A DNA stretch of 64,000 bases from assembly GCF_036588685.1 (NCBI RefSeq), contig NC_086381.1:79608001-79672000 (forward strand), written 5' to 3'. A program made the translations under genes and the position numbers. Position 1 is the first letter of the stretch. The number at the start of each line of letters is the position of its first letter. Shown here in pieces: positions 37,023-51,700 of this stretch. The stretch comes from Mytilus trossulus (Eukaryota). The notes beneath the pieces are model-generated. The model searched no databases and was not told the origin of the DNA. It saw only the letters and a list, made by a program, of their open reading frames with translations.

Positions 37023-38689
37023 TGACGATAAATTCAATGACAGTAAATAACATCAACTCATCAGTATCATATTCGTTGTTTTCAGAGAAAAAAATGAAAT
37101 AATTCAGTATATAAATTTAAATAGCGCCCTCAAATTAATACACTTCCCGTTCGTCAATATTCATTTACAAAAGCACGTACTGTAAATACATGTAATATCA
37201 TGAGTTCAATATCAGCTAATTAATAGATAAATCTAAATGAAATTGCCAATACAGTAGAGTATTTAACAAAACTTACAAAAAAAGGTAATTGAATACGTTT
37301 TCTAGACAGATTTTTATTGAAACTTAAGACATCACGTGATTTTTGTCATCAAACAACTGGCGACTCCACAAGATCAAAAGTGGTGATCACTTGAACATGC
37401 ACCTGAATAGAATAACAAAATTCCGAAACTGCTAAATGTATGAACAAAATCGTTATCACGGTGCTATCAGACCTCTTTTTTAATAATTAAATCATGTGGA
37501 ACTGTTATGATGAGTTTGCTTACAGCTTCTTGGTCAACGTCACTGCTGTTGAGAGTTTATTCCTCTAGGGTATCACTAACGCAGTAGTCAGCACCACATA
37601 AATTTTCAAATAGTTGAAGGTGTTGTCGTGTTGATTTTACATACACAATATGCCCATATTCGAGACACTGTACACCTTCATACAGGACGCACACAAAGGA
37701 GTGTGAAACGTGAATCTAAAATGTTGGTTGTGAATTCGTATCTCAGTTTACACTAAGATGTCGTTAAATTCAATTGAATACCTTCATTTATCATGCTTTT
37801 AAATAACAAACAGTTACATAGCATAAACCAAATACCTCCTAAATTACTGTACATACTTTTTCTGCATTCAAAATGATATTTTGATAATTATAACGCCCTG
37901 AAGATGTATATAATATCTAAAGAGTAAACGAATTAATAATGAATTTGACTATTTACTGTATATATTTCGTGAATATATGAACATTTGATATGCTGGCCAA
38001 TGCCACAAGTATCTACCAACGTCCAAAATGATCGGAGTTGTCAAAGACAAACTTAAATGTAAACAGCTTGTAATACATGAAGCTTGCTTATACAATATAA
38101 TACGTTACACAAAAAAACGCACATGATGCATGCAGTGTGCAATGGATTAAAAGACACATACACAACCAAACGTGAACCTCCATTGCACTAGGATTTCCAC
38201 AAACAATATTTGATTGCTGCTGTTACCGTGAAGCCTTCGGCTTTTATATCAATAGAATGATGTATTTATGTATGCGTGCTATTTTTGCATGTGGATTTTT
38301 TTCCGGTATATCAATAATGACTTGTTCAACCCCTTTTTCATAAAATTTGAATTGTAAGTCAAAGCAAGATTACAATCAAGATACCTGATCATGAGATTAT
38401 GACATTTCATAAAGAAGTTACTTTGTTTATGTTTTGTATCCCATAATTATAAACCCAGTGTAAATAATTTTTTTGTAATATACATTTTATATTTTATTAT
38501 TTTCATATCATTTTCAAGTCTTATCTACAAGTAAAGATGTACAAACAAAAAAAATTTAATGACTCATCAATAATTGTTACAAATTCTAAAATACTTTTAG
38601 TCAATAATACAGTACAGAATACATTTTCATTGAGCCCTATTTCTTAATTATATTAACAATATTTGACCATTGTTTTTTTTTTTTTTTTT

Positions 38690-39560
38690 GCTTTACTAGC
38701 AGAGCACAAATGCATAGAGACCATGTCAATCCTATAGTAATATCTAAGCCATTCTATTGCTTCAGCAACAGATGGGACTGTGAATCTTATTCTACATAAG
38801 TAAACATATCGCTTAAATATGAGAATACATGTATTAATAACATCTTTAAATACATGACATTTTACACCCAAGATTATACTTGATATTGTTGGATGAAAAC
38901 TTATTTTACATCCCTCTTACAACTTTGAGAAAAATAAAGCCAGAATTTTCGAACATATCTACATTAAAAAAAATATATGTTTCTTTAGTTTCTGTACAAT
39001 AAATACACACTTCTGTTTTACTATATTTACATTTCGTAAGTAAAGTATTTGTTCCTAGAATTCTATGGAGTAATCTGTCTTGAAATGCTCTTAATGTGGG
39101 ATCTTCAGTTATCATGAAAGAGAGACTAAAAATGAAACTCCATTCTCCATTCACGATAATTATTCCCAATTCTATTTTCCATTTCTCTTGTATAAGAGAT
39201 GGGTTTTCTTTATGTTATCTAGAAAAAATCTATCAACATGTTTTATACTTTAGCCACGGTTTTAATGGTAGTTACAATTTTGTGACCAACAGTATTTAGT
39301 TTGAAAAATATTTGTGAATGAATATCATGTTTCCATTCCTTTGGAAGTGCAAAAATTAGTCCATATAACTGTAGGAAAGTTGTTTTTATATTATAAATTG
39401 TATTAAATTCATCATAATTGTAAAATTCTCCATTTTCCTTAATGAGATCATTTATGAAAAATATATTATTCTTTATCCAACTGTTATAAAAAGCTGTTCT
39501 TCCATCAATCATAATATTTTTATTTAAAAACAATAACCCAGTGTTAAGATAGTTGATATA
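38690..39560 (-). mobile_element. L1/Tx1-like LINE ORF2 C-terminal fragment (zf-RVT region), frameshifted
   Basis: FYNSWIKNNIFFINDL..NGEF...FLQLYGLIFALPKEWK; LRAFQDRLLHRILGTN..L.K......CIYC...KET; ILIFKRYVYLCR, in successive broken frames. Confidence 0.78.
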
Positions 39561-42500
39561 TTTTTTTACTAAAATGAATTTAAAATATACCATTACAATC
39601 GGGATTATAACAGAGGACCGAAGAAACCACTACCGAAATATCACCCTTTTATAATAATCGGCTTGGTCATTCCTATTTAAAACTCAGACTGTAGAAGAGT
39701 TGAAATGCACACACATTAGAAAATTTAAATTGCAACTGCTATTTGGAATGCATGTACACAATAAAACATTGTTTTTTCTTAATAATTTCCAATATTGACT
39801 TATATATGGCAAAAACACGTTAACAGTCATAGTTAAACTATATTTTTGTAATGCATATTTGTTTAACTCTTTTCACGTGTTATCTCATTCGTGTCATTTT
39901 GATTATTTATATAAGACGTTAAAACTATTGTTTTACTTCTACTGAATGTATTGTGCTAACAGACAACTGAATAGACCCTCTCAAATCTAGTAATAACATA
40001 TTTTCGTATCTATATTGTTAAACAATCGTGGACTTTTTTCTAGTTTTTTAACCTCAACATGTTGAGGATTTAAGAAATAAAAAAAAACATTTCACTTAAA
40101 CCAAACCTGTATTTAATGATCTGCATTAGAGTAGTCTATTGTTGTAAAGGAGTAAAATCAAGTATGATGTATTAAACGAATCAATTAATCTAATCTTTAA
40201 TCATACTATATGTATCTCTGCAAGAGTAGTCTCATTAAATCTACACTGAACATAAGATCATACTTGAAGATTTATTGAGAAAAGTATACCGCTGTTCAAT
40301 ATTCAATTTTGCGAAGGAAAATAATATTCGAGTCTCAAACCCAAATCAAGGGAAACCCATCAACTATGAAAAGAAAAAAAATGAATGTCGTCCAAACACT
40401 CAGACTTTAATCGGGTTTTAAACGAAATCATTACCCCAAAAAAAGTCCACAAAAGGTTGACAATGTCACAAACAATAGCTGTTGCTGAGTTCAAATGTCG
40501 ACGTGAACACGAGATAAAAATCAACACAACACGACATCTTAATATTGGTCTGTTAATATCCATGCTACGTCGATCTTTAATTACCCAAATATCGCTTGAG
40601 ATTTGTTCTACCTCTAAGACGCATTTAAGTCTATTTTTATTTACCGCTAAGTGATGATGTTCTCACACTAAATGATTAAAAGATTGACGATTTTTTCATT
40701 AATTGAACTAAAATGAATTGTTGGATCTTAAAAAGGCTTGCGAGTTCAATGTCAGCATGTGGTTGTTTTGTGAGGACATGACTGTTCATTTTACATTAAT
40801 TTAAATGTGTAGAAAAGCAGAAGAATAATTACAGATCCAGATGTAACTTCTAAAGAAAGTTACCATTCGTCATCGCGAGCCGCCTTTTCCATGTTTTCGA
40901 AACATGTTGTGACATATCCCGATTAATTAACGAACACAGTGGAAATTTTGAATAAGCATAAGTTCAACTACTAGTATAGGGAAATACTGAAGAAATAAAA
41001 CTATCAAATACATGTATGGATATAAAACCAACAATTAGTCTTAACATTTGTACATTGAATGTTACATAAATGATAGTTTCCTACTTCATTTCTTGTATCA
41101 AAACCAATAATTCATCATAATATTATTTTTGATAGATTTTAAAACTACAGTTGTCAGGTTTAACAGATTACAGTATAGTTTCTTCATCTGATAACTAAAT
41201 GTGTTAATTGATATAGAAAGAAAGAGATAAAACCAAAGATGTTGAATTACATGATCACAAGAGAAGCTGTTTGACCACGCAGTGATGTTAAGGTTATTCG
41301 CTACATGAAAAGATACAAGATTGCAGTGATTTTAAATTCAGTGTCCGGTAATTAAATAGTTGTCTCCAATCGTAGTATGGTCGGTGTGCATAAAAACAAT
41401 GGATGTAGATTTTGAAAGAAAAAAATACAAATCTATTTTCAGACCAAGGGAAAAGGTCATGTGACCACCCGAAATAGAAAGTAAAATACTAACAAATAGA
41501 TCTACAATAATTTATAAAAAGTGCAATTATGTATCCTCCATTTTCTCCTGAATGAAGGTTATAATTATTTTGACAAAGATTTATAAACAATGAAGTTAGT
41601 CATACATTATATATGAACTCTCAATATATTCAGAGTACTGTTTGTTTATACATCAATATGTAAAATTGATTATTTATAACTTTTCATTTGAAAAATACCC
41701 CAACATTTTTATTTCTATACTATTTGTTATGAAATAAAATACCAATGAAATAGATACAAATTAAGGTTTGTTTAATTATACCTGTCAGTCTGATTAGACA
41801 ATCAATCAGTATTTATGTAAATATTTAATTGATATTTTTTTCTGAAATCAAATGGCAATTTATTGTTAGTACAGAACATTACAAAAAACAACAAGTGTTA
41901 TATGCTCGAATCCAGATTTATTTTCGACTTAAAAAACAAACACTTTATAGTGATCACGCGGTCAGATTATAGAATAAACATGGTCAAGTTTGAATTCGAT
42001 ATCACCCCCTCTTTTTTTACAGAAAAAGAAAACAACACCAAACGTTTCGCGAATTTAACGCATCGTATGAAAACAAACATAAGATAAGTGATATTGTTCT
42101 TACAGTTGGATACTCGAGTCATGTTTTCCGTCAGGAACATCATCAAATAGTATGAAAAACTCTATAAACAGCTGACACGCACTTGCTTGTTTTGATGCGT
42201 TTTCAGGCTTTCAAATGACGTTGAGTGTAAGAAAAAATGTGATGACAACCAATAGAAATGACTACATGACGTCACAATAAGATTGCGATAGAATCGTTGA
42301 AAAGTTATGGAGAACTGCCTTAACTTTACTGCGCAAAACTAACAATGTTATGTATAAATAATTTAATTGAGTGTTTTTAAAAAAATAATTGTGATTTTTG
42401 TTATGATTGCGAACTGTACATCTGTTTAAGGTTTGAAATTATAAAAACTCGGATTCGTCATTTCAATAGTGATCTCACTCTTTTTTGTTAAATAGATTTA

Positions 42501-44671
42501 ATTAAATTTTGCATTTTTTTATAATATTCAGCATACTTTGAAGCTCAATTTCTATATTTACAGTACGTGAGTACATAGATTACTAACATAAAGATAACCA
42601 AAGATGTATAAGTACATGAATATTGCAGAAGCTACGTGACCAACAGAGATCTAAAATAAATAGCGAAATCTAATTAAGGTGACATTTGTCTGATGTACGC
42701 AAAGCCTCTCTAAACAATTTGAAGAACATTTGGCTTCAAAAATACGGATAAATATGTAGTTTGTATTATTTATTTCTGGATATATACAATGCATATTACA
42801 TATAGGATTTATTTTCAAAGATTTGTATGTATGTCACCCTACATCTGCATCATATTTAACAAGAATACACAAAAAAATCACTTATTTGGCGTTTCTATAA
42901 AGTCGATCATATAAATTCACTCGAAATTACGACCATTTTTATTTCATAAACCTTTTTTTTAATTGTATTTCCAGTGCTGTTTGGTTATATGTTGACTTGA
43001 AACTATATTCTATAAGCACTTTCTTGGACATCAATTTATGACTTATGCAATATTTGTTTCATTTAAACAAAAACATGATGTGTAAAGGCTGTATTTTAAA
43101 GATATAATAAAAATATGTTGACAATGTTTTAACAATATCACTCATTATATTTATTTTTAACTTATTGCAATATGACTTTGTTAAGTTTGCATTATCTGTT
43201 TGTTTTAAATCAAACAAAAGACTAAAAGGAGATATCATGTGAACTTAATTTTAACAGGAAGTTTTTAATTTTCTCTCAGTGGTATGGAATATTAGATTAC
43301 ACTGATGATACTGATCAAAATATTTTTAACACGAAATGCGTTCTTCTTAGTCTACCTTTGTAAAAGAGTAGGTCGATTAAGATCCCATTTTGGCCCGTAA
43401 ATATAGCAGTTTTATAAAATTGTTAAAATGTAAACTTTTAGTTATTTATTGGAAAGTATAATGCTTCTGATACATAAACATGGGCTGTTTTTGACCAGAC
43501 AATGCACCTCTATCGGGTTAAAGCATCATAAGGTAATGTTAAATTACTAAAATCTTCATAATTTTAGCATTTTAGTTAAATTTCAGACGGTTTCCGTCTT
43601 AAATGAAAGTGGCCGCATTCGTGTTCATTTTTAATAATGAAATGTAAAGTGTATTTGATGATAATACCTGCATAACATATGTAAAGGTTGAGGATGAACA
43701 CGGATGCGGCCATTTTCATGTTTGACGAAAACCATCTGAAAAATAACATTGTTTGGCATATTTGATAGATTTTCCATATTTCAGCTTAAACCAATGCTTT
43801 TTCCTTACCGGACCTATTCCTTTGTCTTTAAACAATGTCTTTCTAGTGAACTATACAAACAGTTGTATGTAGCCATTCCTCGCGAAAAAGATGAATTAGC
43901 GTCCGTTTACAGTAGAAATGAACAATTTCGGATTTTACATGTCAAAAAAGAAGTACCAAAATTTGAGATGTTTGACATTATTCGTAACATTTTGGTAGGT
44001 TGCAAACAAGCAATCAATCATTTCTGTTAAACAAATCAACAACAATATTTATAGAAACAGTTGACTTACTATTTTTTTTTATTCTGAGGCGGTTTTTTGT
44101 GACCGATGTTTGTGTCCTTAACGGACAATTGTTTCCAAATGATTCATCTATAAATAATGTCTTGCTGCTTCTTATAATATTCGAATGCTCGGTAAATTAA
44201 TAATATTTATGTTACTTTTAACTCTATTGACTTAGTGATTTTGTTTATATGAAAAACAGGTTTCGCAATAAACAATGATAAATAATTTTTGTATTGAACC
44301 TAATTGAAAGGTTGAAATAAAAGAAACACTATTTATTAAACGCATTTTAAGTTCAATGTTAACAAAAATGCATACAGCAAATCGTTTGGATGATCAGTTC
44401 AAGTGATATGATGACGAGTATGTGATGATTTGTTTTTTAACTTTTCGTCCGATTCACATTGTTTTTAATTTTGCACACTGCTCAATTCAATGTGTTCCCG
44501 TGTGGACACTTTGTAGATTGATATAAGATTTATCAGACCAAGTAAGGTAACCGATAGCAGGCAATATTTCTGTACTTATATTTGCATTGAGTACAAGAGA
44601 ACGGGACACAATATGAACGCAATATTGAACGAAAGACAAAAACGTTATGCATACAAAACTTTATAAATAAG

Positions 44672-45432
44672 AAAACTAGAGGCTCTAAAGAGCCTGTGTC
44701 GCTCACCTTGGTCTTTGTGAATATTAAACAAAGGAAAAGGATGGATTCATGACAAAATTGTGTTTTGGTGATGTTGATGTGTTTGTACATCTTACTTTAC
44801 TGAACATTCTTGCTGCTTAAAAATATCTCTATCTATAATGAACTTGGCCCAGTAGTTTCAGTGGAAAATGTTGGTAAAAATTTACAAATTTTATGAAAAT
44901 TGTTAAAGGACAATAACTCCTTAGGGGGTCAATTGACCATCACAGTCATGTTGACTTATTTGTAAATCTTACTTTGCTGAACATGTTGCTGTTTACAGTT
45001 TATCTCTATCTATAATAATATTCATGATAATAACCAAAAACAGTCAAATTTCCTTAAAAATACCAATTCAGGGGCAGCAACCCAACAAAGGGTTGTCTGA
45101 TTCATTTCAGGGCAGATAGATCTTGACCTGTTAAACAATTTTACCCCTCGTCAGATTTGCTCTAAATGCTTTGGTTTTTGAGTTATAAGCCAAAAAACTG
45201 CATTTTACCCCTATGTTCTATGTTTAGACATGGCGGCCATCTTGGTTGGTTGGCCGGGTCACCGGACACATTTTTCAAACTAGATACCCCAATGATGATT
45301 GTGGCAAAGTGTGGTTTAATTTGGCCCAGTAGTTTCAGAGGAGAAGATTTTTGTAAAAGTTAACGACGACGGACGCCGGACGCCAAGTGATGGGAAAAGC
45401 TTACTTGGCCCTTTTGGCCAGGTGAGCTAAAA
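44672..45432 (-). mobile_element. Helentron-associated non-autonomous element (different family)
   Basis: Hairpin GGCTCT-aa-AGAGCC plus subTIR GCTCACCT at one end; AGCTTACTTGGCC...GGCCAGGTGAGCT and a (GAC/GGACGCC) microsatellite at the other; A-rich flanks. Confidence 0.8.
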
Positions 45433-46909
45433 ACCAAAAAATGTTAAGTGATCCAACAATCATATTATTGTTGAAGGTTTGAAGACGTTTAGCAAACCAG
45501 ATACCAAATAACGATATAGACGATGCAGTTGGGTATCTTGATTTCGAACGTTGAGCATTAACAAATGTTTGAAAACTAGTTGATAGTGTTCTCGCGTTGA
45601 TTCGAAAAACAAAAAATTATATCTTGTAAAAACACTATTTACCCTTATTATTCATGCATGTTTTTAAAGATAAGATATAGTTACACAATGTCAAATTAAT
45701 ACAGGACGCACACAAAAGATTGTGAAACGTGATTTGATGAAAATCTTTTGTTATGAATTCGTATCTCAGTTTACACCAATATGCTGTTAAATTGAATTTT
45801 AAACCCTTCACTTATCATTTTTGAGATAACAAACTGGTAAATTGAAGACACTTAACACCTCCTAAAATATTGAAAGCAATCATTCTGCATTCATAATAAT
45901 ATTTGTATCAGCTACTTTTTCCTTCTTGTCCAAATAAAGACATGAAAATGGATACCAACGATGGGAGTTCATTTGCAGAATATCCAACTCAAGATTTGTG
46001 AAAAGGTGATTTATTTAGAATATCATAAAGCAGTAGTATATTAACATTAGGTATGCTGACAACTTTCTACCAACGACCATTGAAAATTAAGACCATTTTT
46101 ATTTAGAAAAACATTTGTTTTTAATTGTGTTTGATTCATTTAAATGGACCCAACAACAAAATCTGTGAACATGCTATATTTCTAAATAGTTTATTCAAAC
46201 TATGACAAAAGAATATATTGCAATTGTATGACTTTATTCAGTTTGCATTTTATACATTTTTTTGTATTTGTTTATTTGAAACAAAAAACTGAAAGGAGAG
46301 ATCATGTGAACTTTATTTTAGCAGGAAGTTTTTCCTCTCAGTGGTGTACAATATTTGAAGACACTGACGATACTAATCAACATATTTTTCATACGACATA
46401 TCATTTTCCTTTGTTACATGTGTCTTTAAACACGGACATGTATAATGTACTATACATAGCCACTCTCAATATACATAGGTGAAATTAGGTTTGTTTAAGT
46501 AGAAATAACTAATGCTTAAATGACAAAATAAATCCCAAACTCTGTATTAAGATACAAGATATCGATTAAACCAACAGACGTAAAGCGTTTTCCGAAAGTT
46601 ATAAATCGATTGAGAGAAAAAAAATACTGGTTACAAACTAAAACTGAGGTAAACACATTAACTATAAGAGGAAAACAACGAAACAACAGGAACACTGAAG
46701 TACTGCAAAAAACACACGGATCAGATAATAACTGCCAATTTGTAAGTGTGGGTTGAACCTAGTTTAACGGCTAGCCAAACCTCGCGCTTGTATAGCAATG
46801 TTTAATATAACATCAAAATGACAACATTACATACAGTACAAAAAAAAGAACATTCAGGACAACAAAATACACAAATAAACATTAAAATTTTACATTTTGA
46901 CATGCATAT

Positions 46910-47205
46910 AGTTATCAAAGGTACCAGGCTTATACATTGATACACTGTGCATGCGTTTCGTCTACATAACAATCACCCGTGACGCTCAGATCAAAATAGT
47001 AGACATGGTGAAGAAAGCCAAACAAGTACAAAGTTGAAGAGCATTGATAACCCAAAATTCTAAAAACTGGTTCCAAATACCGCTAAGGTTATCTATGTCT
47101 TGGATAAGAAAGCCCTTAGTATTAAGAATAATTAGTTGAAAAATTTTACAAACTAGAAAAAATACCATATAATTGATGTCCACGTCAACACCTAAATGGT
47201 GACTT
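46910..47205 (-). mobile_element. Family C partial unit, hammerhead degenerate
   Basis: Collinear with ~13714-14000. Confidence 0.75.
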
Positions 47206-48927
47206 ATAACACAAAGAAGATGTGGTACAATTGCCAATGAGACAACACTCCACAAGTGACTAATATGACACATATAATTATAACTTCTGGTAACCATACG
47301 GTCTTCAACAATGAGTAGATTCCATACCGCATAGTTAGCTATAAAAGGTTCCGATATGACAAGGTAAAACAATTCAAACGAAAAAAATAGCGGTCCTATT
47401 TATGTACAAAAAGTGAACGGTAAATCAATATGTTAAACATAAACAAACGACAACCACTGATTTACATGCTACTGACTTTGGACAGGCACATACATACAGA
47501 ATTAGACTTACCACAAAATAAAAACAAACACGTAAAACAAAAAAAAAGAACGATAGCACATGACACAGTACAAAATAGCCTTGCATTGTTACTTCAGAAC
47601 TTGCTATCCATTCGTTCGACGTTTTTTGGCCTTTAATTTTGCAATTTGATTAGGAACTTTTGTTTTGTATTTTCCTCGGAGATTAGTATTTTTGTGATTT
47701 TACTTTTTTAATCCAAAACAATGCAATAATTACTATGATAATTAACATAACCGCCTCCCAAAAAACGTAACAAAACGCTACGAATACTTTTTGAAGTGCG
47801 TCATCTCTATTAACAGTGACCAAACATTTAAGGTGTTCTTTGGGACGACACCATATGTAGAAATCCACTATAGAAACTGAAGTTATTAAGAAGAATGCCC
47901 ATGTTGTTTTATCTTTTAACAATTATCAGTTTCTAGTGTAAATGACAGTACGTTAACTTTTGTCACTATCAGTAGCTATATCATGTATATTGCATTGAAT
48001 GCTGAAATGATGAGTGCACGTGTTAATCTTTATTAACAGACCATTGTACTAAAGAAAACAAAGTTGTCATGTTTAGAAATATCTTGATTAATATCGCTAA
48101 CGCACTTATAAATATGAGTTCACAAAGTAAAAAACATCCTGTAAGAGAGATGTTCAAAAGATATTTATCTCTTTTCCACCTTTTGTTCGAAGTTATCAAA
48201 ACGATAGAAAAAAAAGATTAAACAAACAGAACAAAGTAATGCAAAGTTCAGGCTAGTAAATTCTTAAAAGAAAGAGGATAGTAATTTCGAAGTAATAGAC
48301 TGATTCCTATTCTACAAGCATTGTTTATTGTTACGAAAGGTGCAGCTACGATACATGTATGACCGCACTTTGTCATATAGTTTCTGAAATATTCAATCAT
48401 TAATGTATGGTTGTCATAGAAGTGATGATTGCCACTGTATAAATTCAAAGACTCATTTTGATAAGAGGGTGTAGTTTATAATAAGGTATTTGTATGTGTG
48501 CAATATAGAACAAAATAATAATTTCATGTATGAAATGAAGTTGTTCATTCACACACCTTTACTGACGACTATACTATTGAGTATACATATCCCTTATATT
48601 GATATAAAAACAATAAAACAGTAATTGTCCACACATAAAGGTAAATTTATAACTGCCAACGTCTTTAGAAAATACATCTTTGATTGGTAATGATTTTTTA
48701 AAGTTCTATGACTCAATATAAACAAAAATGGATGCGTTCAGGAATGCGACATCACTTAAAAACAACTTAAACAGCAAGTTTCGGACAATACCTCGATCTG
48801 AAATGAACTGAACATTTTAAATGTTTTACGTCATATTTCAATTGGATTTATCCCTCGTAGCCTAGACAAACGATACCTTCAAATACATTATGTTTATAAG
48901 ATCTGCTTCACTATCACATTTATGATT

Positions 48928-49270
48928 ATAAAAAAGAAAATGTGGTATGATTGCCAATGAGACAATTGTCCACAAGAGACCAAAACGACACAGACATTTA
49001 CAACTTTAGCCCATACCGCATAGTCAGCTATAAAAGCCCCGATATGACAACGTAAAACAATTCAAACGACAAAACTAACGGCCTTATTTAAAAAAAAAAT
49101 AAGAACAAACAACAAATATGTAACACATTAACAAACGACAACCACTGACTTGGGACAGACACATACATAGATAATGTGGCGGGGTTAAACATGTTAGCGG
49201 GATCCCATCCCTCTCCCTAACCTGGGACAGTGGTTTAAAATGTCAACATAAGAACGAACTTTAAAAAAAA
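48928..49270 (-). repeat. Interspersed repeat family D copy
   Basis: Plus strand begins ataaaaaagaaaatgtggtatgattgccaatgagacaa. Related pieces near 4280, 4984, 14798, 18335-18440, 19880-20140, 33780-33935, 47213-47495 and 50340-50480. Absent from the paralogous site near 13464. Confidence 0.85.
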
Positions 49271-49479
49271 TTACTGTCGGTATAATTGAGTAGGCCGCTA
49301 AATTTACTTGCTGGTATTTACATTTTCATTGACAAATACAAAAATGTCCATGCAATGAAACAACCCATTAGTTCTTTGTGTTATTTATTTAATTTTATTC
49401 TTCTGTTTGTAGATATATGTTTTTGTGTTCTGTAAAATTGTTCCTTTTAAAATTGTTACACGATGATGACTGCTGTACC

Positions 49480-49760
49480 CACATTTTAACTATTTTATTT
49501 ATTATATCTGTATAGTTCACCCACCATTGTAAATATAACGGAATGTGATGAAACTGTTATCAAACTGAGAGGGTTAGCGCTATAAAACCAGGTTTAATCC
49601 ACCTTTTTCTACATTTGAAAATACCTGTACCAAGCCAGGAATATTACAGTTCTTGTCTATTCGTTTTTGATGTGTTTTTTTATTTGATTTTGCCATGTGA
49701 TTATGGACTTTCCGTTTAGATTTTCCTCTAAGTTCAGTTTTTTTGTGATTTTACTTTTTA
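49480..49760 (+). repeat. Interspersed repeat family E copy
   Basis: Reverse complement of 18568-18765; ends ttttgtgattttactttt. Other pieces at 8160-8285, 12800-12910, 47650-47710 and 61570-61700. Confidence 0.8.
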
Positions 49761-50510
49761 ATAAGAAATTATTATAATATAGCTGTTAAGTAGCTACTTT
49801 ACATTACGGATTTCATTTGGTCTACGTCACTAGTAAAGCAGCACTTTGTATAGTAAAATTTCCTTGAACAATTCAAGCTAATGAACTTTAAGCTGTCATT
49901 CATTAATTTCAGATATTTGCAACTTTTTAAATTCTGTACACAGATGATACATTTGTTTGTTGATTTTCGAATTATCTAAATTTAACTGTTTACACAAAAA
50001 CAATTCAAAATTTTCAATAAAATATTTTTGAACTCACTTAGGGAATATTCCAAGTGAATCTAACGCAGTCAAAATGTAGCGATTGGGAGTTTGACATAGT
50101 CGGTACAAATCAATTCGTAGAAATAAACCTGTTGTGGTGTTACCTAAGAAGAAATATCTGTCATAAATTGTCACATATTTCAATCATTTACTTTGTTTGC
50201 ATGTGTGCTTCTTTTTCACATTTAACGAAAAGTTCTAAATGTAATTATCTAGAGCAAAGCATCAACACTTTAAAATGCCTGAGTACATAGATAGAACTAC
50301 ACGATCATTGCATTGCAAAACATAAAATCTGATAGAGGCCCTTAGGAGGTTGCTGTTCGGTGTGAGCCAAGGCTCTGTGTTGAAGATCGTACTTTGGCCT
50401 AAAATGGTTTATTTTTACAAATTGTGACTTGGATAGAGAGTTGGTTCATCGGCCATCATACCACATCTCCTAATAACTATAAAATATTTCGATCGGTTTA
50501 ATACAATTAC

Positions 50511-50690
50511 CGGTACCAATGTTCCTGCACCAGATGCACATTTCGACAAAACATATCCTTTTAGTGATGCTCGTGGCCAAAATATTTGAAATCCAAAGCT
50601 TATTAAAAAGATGAAGAGCTATAATTCAAAAGGTCCAAAAGTGTAGCCAAATCCGTGAAAGGTATCAGAGCTTTGCATGAGGGAGCTGGC
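50511..50690 (-). mobile_element. Second hammerhead-bearing repeat subfamily, degenerate
   Basis: Minus strand gcatca CTAAAAG gatatgttttgtc GAAA tgtgca TC tggtgc has the same layout. Related fragments near 17130-17190 and 57815-57870. Confidence 0.55.
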
Positions 50691-51299
50691 ATAGTTTATA
50701 AATCATTGTGATTTTGCATAGTTTCTTTTTTTACCAATTCTGTCATCGGACTCGGACTACTTTTAAACTGAGGTTTACGGTGCGTTTTGTTGAGTGTATG
50801 TTTTTTCTTCATTGGCTAGCTATCGTGGTATAGGGTGAAGGTTGATATCTCATAAACCATGATTTATTTGCGCCTGTCTCTGGTCAGGCGACTCTGGACT
50901 ACGCACGAATGTGTATGATGTACTTATCTTGGCTATAATATGCAAATCAATTTAGAATCGCAGTGGGGTAATAAACATGTGGTTTAATTGTGTTTAACTT
51001 AATATAACATGGAACTAATATGTGTAATGGGAAAATATTTTTACTCCAAGGAAAATTGAAGTCAAGAAAATTTTGTTCAACAAAGGTGATTTACACAACC
51101 CCTCCACTCAATGTGCCTGTCCAAGGTCAATGACCTGTTGTTCAGTGGTTGCTAAGTGTTCATGTCTATCATATTTGTTTTAAGTAAACTGTATTGTTAT
51201 ACATTATACCGTTAGATTTCTCAATTAAATTGTTTCCATTAAAGATAGTATACACAAATGCAGTTTTTAGCCGGTCTTAGGCTATACAAAATATAATTT

Positions 51300-51700
51300 T
51301 GACAATATCTTAGATATTTCACTTTATCGTCCTTTCCTATGCTTATATTACCCTGCTCTGTCGCTCCGTAATTCTCGTATAAAGACTTCAAAACGAGACC
51401 AGGCATTATCAGCGACGTCACAAAGTGAGAGGAAAAGTTATCAACGACGTCACAATGCGAGAGGAGAAGTTATCAAGCTTGCTTTCGTGAAGCGTAAAAC
51501 TGTAGGGAGACAGAAAAGACCAGTAATATAACGATAAAAAGATAATCGGGTTTACAACGTATAGATATAGTAAAATATCAGCCACTCGACACAATGTGAA
51601 ACTTTTTATCTCGTTCGCTGCGCTCTTTCGCCAAAAAAAGGTTCACATTGTGGCTCGCGGCTGATATTTTACGATATCGATGTGTAGAAAACCCGATAAT
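51300..51700. mobile_element. Non-autonomous element built from imperfect hairpins
   Basis: ~155-bp hairpin at 51546-51700, a weaker inverted pair at ~51323-51367 / 51504-51538, and a 32-bp tandem duplication at 51406-51469. Confidence 0.55.

Larger units (their letters stand above)
43120..49320 (+). repeat. Diverged segmental duplicate (block B) of ~9850-13520
   Basis: Same anchors as block A; expanded by several independent insertions. Confidence 0.8.
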
